From NCBI RefSeq assembly GCF_002372665.1, contig NZ_DFHJ01000047.1: DNA of 51,704 nucleotides; one strand, written 5' to 3'. Position numbers and translations under genes: made by a program. The stretch is from Anaerovibrio lipolyticus. GTDB lineage: Bacteria; Bacillota; Negativicutes; Selenomonadales; Selenomonadaceae. The notes beneath the pieces are model-generated. The model was not told the origin of the DNA, ran no database searches, and was given only the letters and a program-made list of their open reading frames with translations. Below are positions 30,776 to 41,033 of this stretch, one piece after another; the stretch's first letter is position 1, and each line of letters begins with the position of its first letter.

Positions 30776-31447
30776 TTAGTCAAGTTTCATGATGTTATGC
30801 TTCAAAACATAAATAAGGGCCTGAGTACGATCATTAACATTCAGCTTGCGGAAAATGTTGGTAAGGTGATTCTTAACTGTCTTCTCACTGACAAACAGGG
30901 CCTGAGCAATATCCTGGTTGCTGAAGCCCTTGGCAATGCAGGACAGCACATCCAGCTCTCTGGCTGTAAGGCGTTCACCGCGACCGGTACGCCACAGCTC
31001 CTTGGCCTTTTCGTTAATATCGTCCTCCACACAAAGGCTGCCGAAAATGCGCTCCTCCAGCTCGGGATAGATATAGGCGCCACCCTCATAGACGATGTGA
31101 ATGGCCTTAATGAGCATATCCGGCTCCACATCCTTCAGAAGATAACCAGAAGCACCATTCTTCAGCATTTCCAATACATAATTGTCATTATCATGAATCG
31201 TCAGGGCAATAATCTTGGTATTACACTTTGCAGCTTGAAGCTGGCTGGCTACGTCCAAGCCATTCAATCCAGGCATATTTAGATCCAGTAATAAAATATC
31301 GGGCTGCAACACCAAAGTCCTAGCCAGGGTCTCCTGTCCGTCCTCCGTTTCACCCACAACCTCAATATCATCTTCAAAATTTAACACTCTTTTAAGCCCC
31401 TGTCTTAAAAGAGCATGATCATCAGCAATTAACACTCTTATCGCCAT
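30776..31447 (-). CDS. NarL/DegU-family response regulator (REC + LuxR HTH)
   Basis: ADDH, DLNMP and GYLLK motifs; LTARE..SNQDIAQALFVSEKTVKNH. Confidence 0.93.
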   Translation of the reverse strand: MAIRVLIADDHALLRQGLKRVLNFEDDIEVVGETEDGQETLARTLVLQPDILLLDLNMPGLNGLDVASQLQAAKCNTKIIALTIHDNDNYVLEMLKNGASGYLLKDVEPDMLIKAIHIVYEGGAYIYPELEERIFGSLCVEDDINEKAKELWRTGRGERLTARELDVLSCIAKGFSNQDIAQALFVSEKTVKNHLTNIFRKLNVNDRTQALIYVLKHNIMKLD

Positions 31448-31588
31448 TGTAATTCCTCACTTCATTCACTACAAAAAGTGTAGTCACTCATCACCTCAAC
31501 ATTATACCATATTTGAATTATCTGTTGAAGGTTTTTCATATAGCCTTTTTTTACTATCTTTTATCATAAGACCTTTGCTCTAGTGGCC

Positions 31589-32857
31589 TCACAAAATTGT
31601 AGCCTTAATGAATATGGTGAGTTCCTCCTCCGTCACTTTAGAGGAGGTTGCCTTGAAAAGGTTTCCCAAAATAGGGATATCTCCCAAAAATGGAATCTTT
31701 TGAAGCTGCTTAATCTCCTCCCTGCTGATTAGACCGCCGATAACCAGAGTTTCCCCATCCTTGAGTCTCACTCTTGTCTGGGCTGAGCGCTTTTGAAAGC
31801 TGTAGGCATTCATTTCCTTTACATAGCTTGGGGCACTGACCTCAATATTCAGCTGGGAATCAATATAGCCCTCCTCGTTTACAAAGGGACGGCACTGCAA
31901 AAGAATACCAGCCGGCCTGTACTTTATAGAGGTAGTGGTTGTGGTATTTGTAATAGAAACCTCGGGAACAGGAACCTCTCCACCAATATTTATAACCGCC
32001 TCCCGCCCCTGCATGGTGACGATATTTGGTCTTGACAGCACCTTGGCCTTGCCCTTGGAAATTAACAAATTCAATGTGGCATCATAGGTAAAATCATGGG
32101 GAATTTTAGTCCACTCCCAGGTCACTCCCAGCTTCTCCAGATCCTCCCGCTTCATAGACACCACCTTAGCTTCCAAAGCCACCTGAGGTGCCGGAATATC
32201 CACCCTCTTTAAAAGCTGACCTATTTCCCTGGCTTCCTCCGGAGTACCATATACCAGCAGAGAGCGGGTATTAATGTCCACTTCCACCCGGGGATTTTTG
32301 CTGATATTGCTGCCGATTTTACTGCTATTTCCAGTGCCATCAACCCGCTGGGAGCTTTTCCCTGCTTCCTTATTGATGTCATCTTTGCTGACGGTATTTA
32401 CCGCTGCTTTCCCAGAGTTGGTATCCTTGTTTTTAGTGGCTTTTTTAGGTTCCGTTAAATACTTGTTTTGAAAATACAGCTCCGCTTCCCTTTTAAGCTC
32501 CTCCAAATCCCCATAGGCAACCGGTATCACATTGACCTGCCCCAGCTGGGACACAATATTTTTTCCCCTGCCTATTATTAAAGTGCCTTCCCGCTCACTG
32601 ATGCTAAGACCACTGGCCAGCACAATTTTATCAATGGCATCCCGCGGGGAAATATCCTGAAAATTTACACTGACATGACTATCCGCCCCGCTGTCTATAA
32701 TCACATTAATATTCCCCTCCCGGGCCGCAAAGCGGATAAGCTCTGCTGCGCTGCCATCAGCCACCCGCATAGACAACGCTTCACACTTAGTATAAATACC
32801 CAAAAATACATTCATCAAGGCCATAACCAGCCCCATAATTATTATCTTTCTACCCAC
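31589..32857 (-). CDS. Secretin (PilQ/HofQ/GspD family)
   Basis: N-domains, then QVALEAKV, LSRPNIVT, DGETLVIGGL and KIPFLGDIPILGNLF. Confidence 0.9.
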   Translation of the reverse strand: MGRKIIIMGLVMALMNVFLGIYTKCEALSMRVADGSAAELIRFAAREGNINVIIDSGADSHVSVNFQDISPRDAIDKIVLASGLSISEREGTLIIGRGKNIVSQLGQVNVIPVAYGDLEELKREAELYFQNKYLTEPKKATKNKDTNSGKAAVNTVSKDDINKEAGKSSQRVDGTGNSSKIGSNISKNPRVEVDINTRSLLVYGTPEEAREIGQLLKRVDIPAPQVALEAKVVSMKREDLEKLGVTWEWTKIPHDFTYDATLNLLISKGKAKVLSRPNIVTMQGREAVINIGGEVPVPEVSITNTTTTTSIKYRPAGILLQCRPFVNEEGYIDSQLNIEVSAPSYVKEMNAYSFQKRSAQTRVRLKDGETLVIGGLISREEIKQLQKIPFLGDIPILGNLFKATSSKVTEEELTIFIKATIL

Positions 32858-33453
32858 ATTATTCTCCCCTGTACATTGACCTTAACACTGTTATCTCCCA
32901 CTGCCTCCACGAATATGTTGTCCACCACATCTCCCGTTGACAGCATATATTGACTTCCGCCATACTCCAGCAACACCGCCGGGCCACTGCCTCCCTCCAC
33001 AATACCTTTTATCCTGGGAGCTGTTCCCCTCGTAGCTTTTTTCTCCTTTGCTTCCTTCACATTTTCTTTGGAAGGATTTTTCCCGTTGGCATTTCTGTTG
33101 TCAACTTCTGTTATACCACTTTTCTTAAATTCATCTCGCCGCCCCTGCCTTCCTTGGCTTTCTTCAAAGGGATTATATAGGCCCTTAAACTCCTGAACCT
33201 CCTTCATGCCCTTTATTTCCTTAAAGCCGCCTTTGACAGCCTCATTTTCTTTGCTTAAATTCCCCTCCGAAAAAGCAGTAATGGCCTGAGAGGAATCTCC
33301 CAGGCCATCAATTACCGTAAATACCAGAAAAATAAGGGCGCAGATAACTGTAAATAAAGCCACCCGCGCCAGCATATTTTCCTTCAGCAATGTCATTAAC
33401 TGCAATAAATGCCGGCCAGCCTTTTCAGCAAGGGATTGAATCATTCCCTGCAT
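32842..33453 (-). CDS. Membrane-anchored protein with PilP/GspC-HR-like C-terminus
   Basis: TM helix, charged linker with NPF, C-terminal IKGIV..AVLL..GDVV beta domain; overlaps the secretin start. ATG 33453 with an AAGGAG RBS. Confidence 0.6.
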   Translation of the reverse strand: MQGMIQSLAEKAGRHLLQLMTLLKENMLARVALFTVICALIFLVFTVIDGLGDSSQAITAFSEGNLSKENEAVKGGFKEIKGMKEVQEFKGLYNPFEESQGRQGRRDEFKKSGITEVDNRNANGKNPSKENVKEAKEKKATRGTAPRIKGIVEGGSGPAVLLEYGGSQYMLSTGDVVDNIFVEAVGDNSVKVNVQGRIMWVER

Positions 33454-33567
33454 TTTTGCCTCTCCTTTTCGACATATTATGCTGACAGAAAAACCATGCA
33501 AAAGGATACACGCTTGCGAATTTCTGCCATATAATACCGAATTATTTAGTTTAAAAATAAGTTATAT

Positions 33568-33614
33568 GGTCGGGGACTGATGAGTTGAACAATTAAACGC
33601 AGCAGTTCCCTGCC
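33568..33614. repeat. Short hairpin matching the outer stem of repeat family A ('empty' form); may also act as the pgi terminator
   Basis: 33575-33595 is the exact reverse complement of 27574-27594 (21 nt); the other arm resembles the left outer arm of copy A2. Confidence 0.7.
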
Positions 33615-33638
33615 CACTGCAATAATATTAAATATAAG

Positions 33639-35087
33639 TCACTTCTTCAATGCCTGCAAACTTGGTCCCATAATGCGCTTATAGGCCTCAACACCAGGCT
33701 GATTGAAGGCATCCACATCTGCCAGCTCACCCTCATAAGCAATGGTCAGGGCCAGCATATAAAGGAGCTCACCTAAATGATAGGCATCCAGCTTTGGCAG
33801 TGAGAACAGAGCATTGAAGCGGTTGTTGGAAGCCAGAGCATCTGCATTGGACTGACGGGCCACCTCCAGAGCCTGACTCATCTTTACGCCGGAAATATCT
33901 GCCAGCTTCTTCACCTCTGGGAAGGAATTTGGAATAACAAAATCCGTATCCCAATTTTCCACTCTGATAAACTGAACCACCTTGTTCAGCTTGCCCTCCT
34001 GATGCTGCTGGGTCTGAGCGTGCATATCAGTGGTACCCACAGCCACAATAGGGGTACGGCCGTAGTACACGTCCTTGCCGTTTCTGTCCACCTGCTTGCC
34101 AAGGGATTCAGCCAACAGCTGAATGTACCATTCGGAAACAGATTTCAGATAATCACCATACGGCATCATAACTTCCATATCACGGCCATATTTCTCAGAG
34201 GCGATATATTTAAGCACTGCATTAAGGAGAGCCGGATTCTGCCATACATCTTCGTTCTGGCAGGCAATATCCATATCCTTGGCACCATTGAGGAAAGCCT
34301 CAATATCGAAGCCGCATACAGCTGCCAGCACAAGGCCCACATCACAGAAAATGGAGAAGCGTCCCCCAACACCATCTGGAACACTGTACTGTGGCCAGTT
34401 GTTGTCCATGGCCAGCTTTTTCAGGATAGTAGGCTTTTCCTCGTTAGGATCGGTAACCGCGATTACCTCCACCTCAATATCCGGATTTTTCTTCAGCTCC
34501 TCATAGATAACCATGAAATTGGACATGGTATCCAAAGTGCCGCCGGATTTGGAAATAACCATCAAATCCACCACCAGCTTGCGCTTCAGATGGGACTTGG
34601 CGATACGGGCTGAACGCTCCAGCTCCTTGATTAAATCCCCGGTGCGACGTGGATCAATATTGTTGCCGCTGAAGTAAATCTTTGGCATACCACCACGTTC
34701 CTCAGTGGTCATGGAATTCCAAAACTCGCCACACTGAACATCAAAAATAACCTTGTCCCCCAGATAGGAACCGCCGATACCCAGGGATACCACTGCATCC
34801 ACACGATTCTTTACGGAAGCAGTCAGCTCCTTCAGATGCTTGATGGAAGCCGGAGAATTGAGATGTCCCTCCTCCACATACGGCAGCTGGGAGAAATAAA
34901 CCTTCTCCGGAGTGCCATCCTTAGACAGATGCCCACGGATTATGCCCTCTTCACGCATTACCTTAATGGCCTTGTTGGCTTCATCAATCTTGCCAGCCAG
35001 TTCCTTAACATCTTCCTTGGTAACCTTGCCATCACCCACAAGATTGCCATAATCAAAGGTAAAACCGGATTTTAATTTTAACTCCAT
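33639..35087 (-). CDS. pgi: Glucose-6-phosphate isomerase
   Basis: GIGGSYLG, SKSGGT, VGGRFS, AESLGK and FNQPGVEAYK motifs. Confidence 0.95.
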   Translation of the reverse strand: MELKLKSGFTFDYGNLVGDGKVTKEDVKELAGKIDEANKAIKVMREEGIIRGHLSKDGTPEKVYFSQLPYVEEGHLNSPASIKHLKELTASVKNRVDAVVSLGIGGSYLGDKVIFDVQCGEFWNSMTTEERGGMPKIYFSGNNIDPRRTGDLIKELERSARIAKSHLKRKLVVDLMVISKSGGTLDTMSNFMVIYEELKKNPDIEVEVIAVTDPNEEKPTILKKLAMDNNWPQYSVPDGVGGRFSIFCDVGLVLAAVCGFDIEAFLNGAKDMDIACQNEDVWQNPALLNAVLKYIASEKYGRDMEVMMPYGDYLKSVSEWYIQLLAESLGKQVDRNGKDVYYGRTPIVAVGTTDMHAQTQQHQEGKLNKVVQFIRVENWDTDFVIPNSFPEVKKLADISGVKMSQALEVARQSNADALASNNRFNALFSLPKLDAYHLGELLYMLALTIAYEGELADVDAFNQPGVEAYKRIMGPSLQALKK

Positions 35088-35150
35088 AGAAAATCCCCCC
35101 TATAAGTCTTTCACCTTACATATTTCTCTATTCAGTTCAAAAGTCCTTGT

Positions 35151-36521
35151 TTATTTTGAAATTATTTGTTCCCTTTTTAGTTTTCGAATATTTTTCTTCA
35201 TTCTTCGAAGGGTGTAGTAGTAGGCCACAGCCAAAGGAATACAGGAGCCAAACCAGGCTGCAGGACTGGCAATGGTGGCCCCCCAGAAGCCCAGTGTATC
35301 CACAAAACACAGACCCACGATGGCCCTCATAACCAGCTCCATAATACCCGCAAAAGTTGGTACAAAGCTCTGTCCCAGTCCCTGTAGGGTATTACGGTAA
35401 ATAAACAGCAGTGCCAACACAATATAGCACGCAGAAGTGGTTACCAGATATACCTGCCCCAGCTCAATTACATCAATCTCCTCAGCCCCCACAAAGAGCT
35501 CCATGAAGTTTGGACCAAAAATAACAATAAATATCCCCACAAGAATACTGAAGGCTCCGGACATGAGTATACACTGGTTTACGCCTTTTTTTATACGGGC
35601 AAATTTTCCTGCACCATAATTCTGTGCCGTATATGCCGCCATGGCAATACCAAAGGACATCATAGGCATAAGGGCAATCGTCTCCACCTTCTGGGCCGCC
35701 GCAAAGGCTGCCACTGCCACAGGTCCCAGACGATTCAGGGCCATCTGCACAATAATAGTACCCACAGCTATAATAGAAGTCTGAAAGGCCATTGGCAAGG
35801 CAATGACCATATGCTTTTTCATGAAGTCCCAGTCAAGATACTGCCAGTCCTGACGGCGAATTCGCAGATAAGGTATATTTTTCCAGATATAGGTAACCAC
35901 AATTACGCCACCGATGAACTGGGACACCAAAATACCGTAGGCAGCCCCCGGTATACCCCACTCAAAAACCAAAAGAAATAATGGTTCCACAATAATATTA
36001 ATAATAAGGGCTGTGGCCAAAATATAGGTTGGAGCACGGCTGTCCCCCAAGGCTCTTATGAGATTGGCCTCCAGCATGAAAACCACTGTAATTGGAATAC
36101 CGGCACAGACAATGGAAATAAAGTCCACCGCCCCCTCCAGTATTTCCGGTGGCGTATCCATAAATACCAGCACATCCCTGGAAAAGACGTAACCGCTTAT
36201 CGCCAGAATAACGCCCACCATCAAAGCCAGCACCAAGCAAGCGGCGGCACTGTGATGAACTCCCTCATAATCCTTGGCACCAAACCGCTGACCAGTAAAG
36301 ATGGAAAGTCCTGATGACAGGCCAATTATAAATCCCACTGTAAGGAACATTATACAGCCGGTACAGCCAACAGCTGCCAGGGCTTCAACCCCCAAAAAGC
36401 GGCCTACTATCAGGGTATCAACAAAGCTGTATAGCTGCTGAAAAATATTTCCGCCAATTAGCGGCAAAGTAAAAAACAATATTAGCTTTGCTGGACTGCC
36501 TTCGGTTAATTTTTTTGTCAT
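35151..36521 (-). CDS. MATE family efflux transporter
   Basis: QQLYSFVDT..VG..LG..ALAAVG, RALGDS and QNYGAG; about 12 TM segments. Confidence 0.93.
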   Translation of the reverse strand: MTKKLTEGSPAKLILFFTLPLIGGNIFQQLYSFVDTLIVGRFLGVEALAAVGCTGCIMFLTVGFIIGLSSGLSIFTGQRFGAKDYEGVHHSAAACLVLALMVGVILAISGYVFSRDVLVFMDTPPEILEGAVDFISIVCAGIPITVVFMLEANLIRALGDSRAPTYILATALIINIIVEPLFLLVFEWGIPGAAYGILVSQFIGGVIVVTYIWKNIPYLRIRRQDWQYLDWDFMKKHMVIALPMAFQTSIIAVGTIIVQMALNRLGPVAVAAFAAAQKVETIALMPMMSFGIAMAAYTAQNYGAGKFARIKKGVNQCILMSGAFSILVGIFIVIFGPNFMELFVGAEEIDVIELGQVYLVTTSACYIVLALLFIYRNTLQGLGQSFVPTFAGIMELVMRAIVGLCFVDTLGFWGATIASPAAWFGSCIPLAVAYYYTLRRMKKNIRKLKREQIISK

Positions 36522-36546
36522 TGTAAGACCTTACTTTCTATGATTA

Positions 36547-37305
36547 TCAATAACCCAGATACTGTGTCACCACACTTCTGAGCTTTTCCTGCATATAAAT
36601 TACACTGTCACTCAAAGCATCTGCATTGGGACGGAGCTTGTTCACATTAAAGCTCTGGGGCCGATTTGTACGAAAATCCGCTGGTGCAGGAATAACCTCC
36701 ATCCCCTCTTTTTCAAAATTCAGCACCGAGCGATCCATGTGAAAGGCAGAGGTTACCAAAATTGGCCTGTTCCAGCCATGTTTTCTGATAATTTCACAGG
36801 TGAATATGGCATTTTGCCGTGTATTAAGACTCTTATCCTCAATAAGAATTTTATTCTCCGGAACCCCCAGAAGCATCAGCTCCCGACTGGCAATATGGGC
36901 TTCGTTGCCGCTGTCGTCATAAACCTGGCCACCGCTGACAATAACTGGAAGTCCAGTTTTTTTATACAGCTGGGCCACCAAGGCCATACGACTGCCCGCA
37001 GCCCCGGAAAGAGTCCCTTCCCCCTCCAATGCCGATGTGCCGGACAGGGCCCCGCCTCCAAGCATCACAATACAATCACCATCAAATTTTTCTGGCATAG
37101 AATACTTATTTTCCAAGGAACCTATAAGCAGTCCTGAAAACCAAAAGGTGGACAGCAGATAAAATACTATTGTTACCGCCCCGACTATGGAAGCAGCCCT
37201 TTTCTCATTTTTCCGCCAAAGCCATATTCCCATCGCCAAAAATATTAAAATAAAAATTCCCGGTGGCATCAAAAGGCTAGCACCAAATTTTAATATGTAA
37301 ATCAT
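36547..37305 (-). CDS. YdcF/ElyC family (DUF218) membrane protein
   Basis: LGGG, VSGG, SLNTRQNA and LVTSAFHM motifs; ATG 37305 with a GGAG RBS. Confidence 0.9.
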   Translation of the reverse strand: MIYILKFGASLLMPPGIFILIFLAMGIWLWRKNEKRAASIVGAVTIVFYLLSTFWFSGLLIGSLENKYSMPEKFDGDCIVMLGGGALSGTSALEGEGTLSGAAGSRMALVAQLYKKTGLPVIVSGGQVYDDSGNEAHIASRELMLLGVPENKILIEDKSLNTRQNAIFTCEIIRKHGWNRPILVTSAFHMDRSVLNFEKEGMEVIPAPADFRTNRPQSFNVNKLRPNADALSDSVIYMQEKLRSVVTQYLGY

Positions 37306-37485
37306 GGTTAAAGCTCCAAAATATCGAACAACTACGTTATGTCGAGAAAAACCTATGCCTCGACGAAACGTCAATAAAGAATATTTTTCCCCTAAATAGA
37401 GGAAAAATTTGAACAACTACGTTATAATATACCATAAGTGAGATAATATGGTTATCATATTGTGCAATAAAGGAGAGAAAGAACT

Positions 37486-37827
37486 ATGCAGACATTAACA
37501 AGCAACATTGTAAAGGCTGAGAACAAGGCTGGCGGCAAGGGTACCATCACCATTGAAAAGCTCTTGGGGGAAAAGGAGCTGGGTGGCAACGACATGTTCG
37601 CCAAGGTTACCATTCCACCTGGATGCTCCATCGGTTTCCATGAGCACCATGGCAATGCTGAGACCTATCACATTCTTCAGGGTGAGGCCCTCTACAACGA
37701 TAACGGCAAGGAAATGACCATCGGTGTAGGCACCACCACTTACTGCCCTGACGGGGAAGGCCACGGCATCGAGAATGCCTCCTCTGGGGATCTGGTATTT
37801 ATGGCTCTGATTTCCAAGACTCTGTAA
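37486..37827 (+). CDS. Cupin domain protein
   Basis: PGCSIGFHEHHGNAETY and GEGHGIEN; RBS AAGGAG. Confidence 0.92.
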   Translation: MQTLTSNIVKAENKAGGKGTITIEKLLGEKELGGNDMFAKVTIPPGCSIGFHEHHGNAETYHILQGEALYNDNGKEMTIGVGTTTYCPDGEGHGIENASSGDLVFMALISKTL

Positions 37828-37855
37828 TTGATTGCCAAATTCATATTAAAACTCA

Positions 37856-37890
37856 AAGCCCGCTCTGCACACCGCAGAACGGGCTTCTTT
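37856..37890. terminator. Terminator between convergent genes
   Basis: AAGCCCG..CTGC/GCAG..CGGGCTT hairpin. Confidence 0.7.
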
Positions 37891-37933
37891 AATATTGGGA
37901 TTACATTTTTGAAAAGCTTCACCGCTATTTTTC

Positions 37934-39379
37934 TTATTCAATCAAAGGAATCATCAAAATAAACTTGGTACCCTTCCCTAATTCGCTGTCCAGAGAAATA
38001 CCAATATCGTGATTATCTGCAATCCACTTGGCAATGGAAAGTCCCAGCCCGGTTCCCCCTGGCTGCCCTGCAGCCTTGGTTCGGGAGCTGTCCACACGAT
38101 AAAACCGCTGGAAAATCTTCTCCCTGTCCTCAGGGGCAATACCAATACCATTATCTGCAATTTCCAGGCACATATAGTGAGGCATCCCATGGCTGTCAAT
38201 GGTTATGGTGCCACCCTCAGGGGTGTATTTTATACCATTTTCCAGGAAAATTCGGATAAGCTCCTTCATAATGACCTTGTCACCCATTATGTAGCCTTCC
38301 TCGTTGCGAAGGAGCTCCACTGTATGCTTGGTGGCAGTCAGCTTCAGCTTCTTGTAGACATCCTCCACCAGCTCACTAAGCTCCAGAGGAACCTTGTTCA
38401 CAATCTGACGGTTCTGGTCAGCCCTGGCTAAGAACAACAGCTTTTCTATAAGCTCCTGCATGTCCTCCGCCTCAGTTTTTATGGCATTAATCCCCTCATC
38501 AAGAGTGTCCGCATCAGAATGTCCCCAGCGGCTCAGCATATCAGCATATCCCTTAATTACCGTAACCGGAGTTCGCAGCTCATGGGAGGCATCAGAAACG
38601 AAACGCTGCTGAAGCTTAAAGCCTTCCTCAATTCGGTCCAGCATCCTGTTGAAGGTGGTAGCCAGCTCTGTCATTTCATCATGGCTTGGAGGCACCTCCA
38701 TACGGGTACTCAAGTCGCTGACCTCAATTGTTTTGGCTGTAGCAATAAAATCCCTGAGAGGCCTGAAGGCCCGCTTTATACCGATGTAAACGATCAGCAC
38801 AACCAATAAAATACCTATTGCACCGCCTAAAATGAGACGCTCCTGCATCTTGGCCAGCATTGGCCGCTCAGCAGTAATAACTCGGCTGAAAATCAGGGTA
38901 TAGTTATGCCCCTTATATTCCATAGGCACCTCATGGTAGTAAATCATGAAGTGCTTCAGCCGTGCCAGCTGGTATTTGTCGGAAACCCAAAACATTCTGT
39001 CATCAGTAAAGTTCTCCCTGAGCCTGTCCACCGAAGCAAAATGCTTGTCCGTGTCGTACACAATATTGCCATTCTCATCGGCCACCCTCAGTACCACTCC
39101 CGGAAGCAGTACTTCCTCCGTGGCCTCATGGGGTTTTTCTGCCGCCTGACTCATGAATTGTGGGTCATTCATTTTATCCAGAGCTATTTCCACACTGATG
39201 GTCATTTCCGTCTCGGCCTGATGGTAAATTATATAATACATACCAATAACCGAGGCCATACAGGCACAGCCCAAAAGAATGGTGATAACCGCGGTATAAA
39301 TCAGGGTAAGACGGATGGAAATTTCCCATTGCTTTGGATAATTGATGATTCTTTTCCAGAGACTAGTCTTTGACGACAT
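37934..39379 (-). CDS. Sensor histidine kinase (HAMP-HisKA-HATPase)
   Basis: Two TM segments, SHELRTP H-box, ENGIKY, DNGIGI and GTGLGL. Confidence 0.95.
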   Translation of the reverse strand: MSSKTSLWKRIINYPKQWEISIRLTLIYTAVITILLGCACMASVIGMYYIIYHQAETEMTISVEIALDKMNDPQFMSQAAEKPHEATEEVLLPGVVLRVADENGNIVYDTDKHFASVDRLRENFTDDRMFWVSDKYQLARLKHFMIYYHEVPMEYKGHNYTLIFSRVITAERPMLAKMQERLILGGAIGILLVVLIVYIGIKRAFRPLRDFIATAKTIEVSDLSTRMEVPPSHDEMTELATTFNRMLDRIEEGFKLQQRFVSDASHELRTPVTVIKGYADMLSRWGHSDADTLDEGINAIKTEAEDMQELIEKLLFLARADQNRQIVNKVPLELSELVEDVYKKLKLTATKHTVELLRNEEGYIMGDKVIMKELIRIFLENGIKYTPEGGTITIDSHGMPHYMCLEIADNGIGIAPEDREKIFQRFYRVDSSRTKAAGQPGGTGLGLSIAKWIADNHDIGISLDSELGKGTKFILMIPLIE

Positions 39380-40067
39380 AGCCTACCCCCCGCATAGTAT
39401 GAATGTATTTTTCATTAAATTTATCATCCAGCTTGGCCCGCAAATAGCGGATATAAACGTCTACCACGTTGGTATCCCCCATATAGTCATAGCCCCAGAC
39501 CTGGGAGAGAATCTGGTCACGGGTAAGTACACTGCGCTTGTTGCGTATAAGGTATTCCAAAAGGTCAAATTCCTTTTTGGTCAGCTCCACCAGCACATCA
39601 CCCACCATAACCTCGTGGCGGGCTATATTCATGGTGAGATTTTTCAGCTTCAGCTCCTCACCGTTGGACGTCTCCCCGGAATGCTCAGGGGCAGTATGCT
39701 TTCTGAGGGCAACCCGCATACGGGCAAAAAGCTCTGGGATGGCAAACGGCTTGGTCACATAGTCATCAGCACCGATATCCAGGCCCTGAACCTTGTCATT
39801 TACATCATCCCGGGCTGTAAGCATAATAATAGGCACATCTGAAAGCTCACGCACCTTCTTGCAGATTGTAAGGCCATCCATATCCGGCAGCATCACATCC
39901 AGCAGCACCAGATCAAAGTCACCTTGGATAATGCGCTCATAGGCACGGCTGCCATTGGATTCCGTCTCAGTTTCAAACCCCTCATGCTCCAGCTCCATTT
40001 GCAGAAAACGGGCAATGCGGTTCTCATCCTCCACTATAAAAATCTTTTTTCCATCTGCCATATTCAT
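39363..40067 (-). CDS. OmpR-family response regulator
   Basis: VEDE, DVMLP, GADDYVTKPF, NVVDVYIRYLR and RGVGY motifs. Confidence 0.96.
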   Translation of the reverse strand: MNMADGKKIFIVEDENRIARFLQMELEHEGFETETESNGSRAYERIIQGDFDLVLLDVMLPDMDGLTICKKVRELSDVPIIMLTARDDVNDKVQGLDIGADDYVTKPFAIPELFARMRVALRKHTAPEHSGETSNGEELKLKNLTMNIARHEVMVGDVLVELTKKEFDLLEYLIRNKRSVLTRDQILSQVWGYDYMGDTNVVDVYIRYLRAKLDDKFNEKYIHTMRGVGYVVKD

Positions 40068-40085
40068 ACCTCTCTAAATATCAAC

Positions 40086-40964
40086 TTACTTAACATATTT
40101 CTGACGGAACATTTCAATAAAGTGCTGACAGCTGCTGGAAAGAGTGCGACTCTTCAGCCAAGATACAACAGTATGGGTATAGATTTCTGCCTCCTCAAGA
40201 TGCTTGAACACGATATCATCAGAGCGCATCAGACTACGGGCAGATAATGGAACCAGGGAAATGCCTATTCCCCGCTGGGTCCACAGCATATTCTGAATCT
40301 GGCTGTCGCTGACACTTAAGATATTTGGCTCAAATTTTGCCTTCTGACAATGGGACATAAAGGCGGTTTTCCAGCGAAGAGGCACCAGAAGTGGCTTGTC
40401 CTTCAGATCCTGAATATGAACAAACTCGCTTTTGTCATCGTCACAGAAGCTCTTGTGCATAGCAAGAACCAGTGGCTCATCTGGAAGGATAATGGACTCG
40501 TAGGACGCGTTATCCACCTGGGTACGGGTAATGGCGATCTCAATAATATGACTGTCAAGGAGCTCCAGCATACGGGCACCCTCACCCTCCCATACCTGGA
40601 AGGTTACCAGCGGATACTTTTTGGTGAAGTCCTCCACCAGCTCCGGAATAAGCATGGAGCCCGATGAAGTAATGGTCCCCAGCTTAATTGTTCCAGCCAC
40701 CCCGGAGCCAATATCAATCAGCTCCCTCATGGTACCGTCCACCATGCCCAATATGTGCTTTACCCTGGAATAGAGAAGCATTCCCGCATCAGTAAGACGA
40801 ATACGGCGGCTGCCACGCTCAAAGAGCTTTACACCCAAAGAAGTCTCCAAACGCTTCATCTGGCGGCTGAGCGCCGGCTGGGCCACATTAAGTCGAATGG
40901 CCGCGTGACTGATATTGCCTTCTTCCACAATGGCGTAAAACGCCTGCATGTCTTTAATTTCCAT
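40086..40964 (-). CDS. LysR family transcriptional regulator
   Basis: ISHAAIRLNVAQPALSRQMKRLE..LFER HTH. Confidence 0.95.
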   Translation of the reverse strand: MEIKDMQAFYAIVEEGNISHAAIRLNVAQPALSRQMKRLETSLGVKLFERGSRRIRLTDAGMLLYSRVKHILGMVDGTMRELIDIGSGVAGTIKLGTITSSGSMLIPELVEDFTKKYPLVTFQVWEGEGARMLELLDSHIIEIAITRTQVDNASYESIILPDEPLVLAMHKSFCDDDKSEFVHIQDLKDKPLLVPLRWKTAFMSHCQKAKFEPNILSVSDSQIQNMLWTQRGIGISLVPLSARSLMRSDDIVFKHLEEAEIYTHTVVSWLKSRTLSSSCQHFIEMFRQKYVK

Positions 40965-41033
40965 AAAATCATACCTTCCGCAGTATATAATATATTACAT
41001 ATATAATATACTTTTACGCTTAGCTATGCAAAT

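Noticed and set aside
37325-37340. LexA (Cheo) box CGAAC...GTT
   Set aside because: The spacer is 6 nt rather than 4 and the right half is GTTAT, not GTTC.
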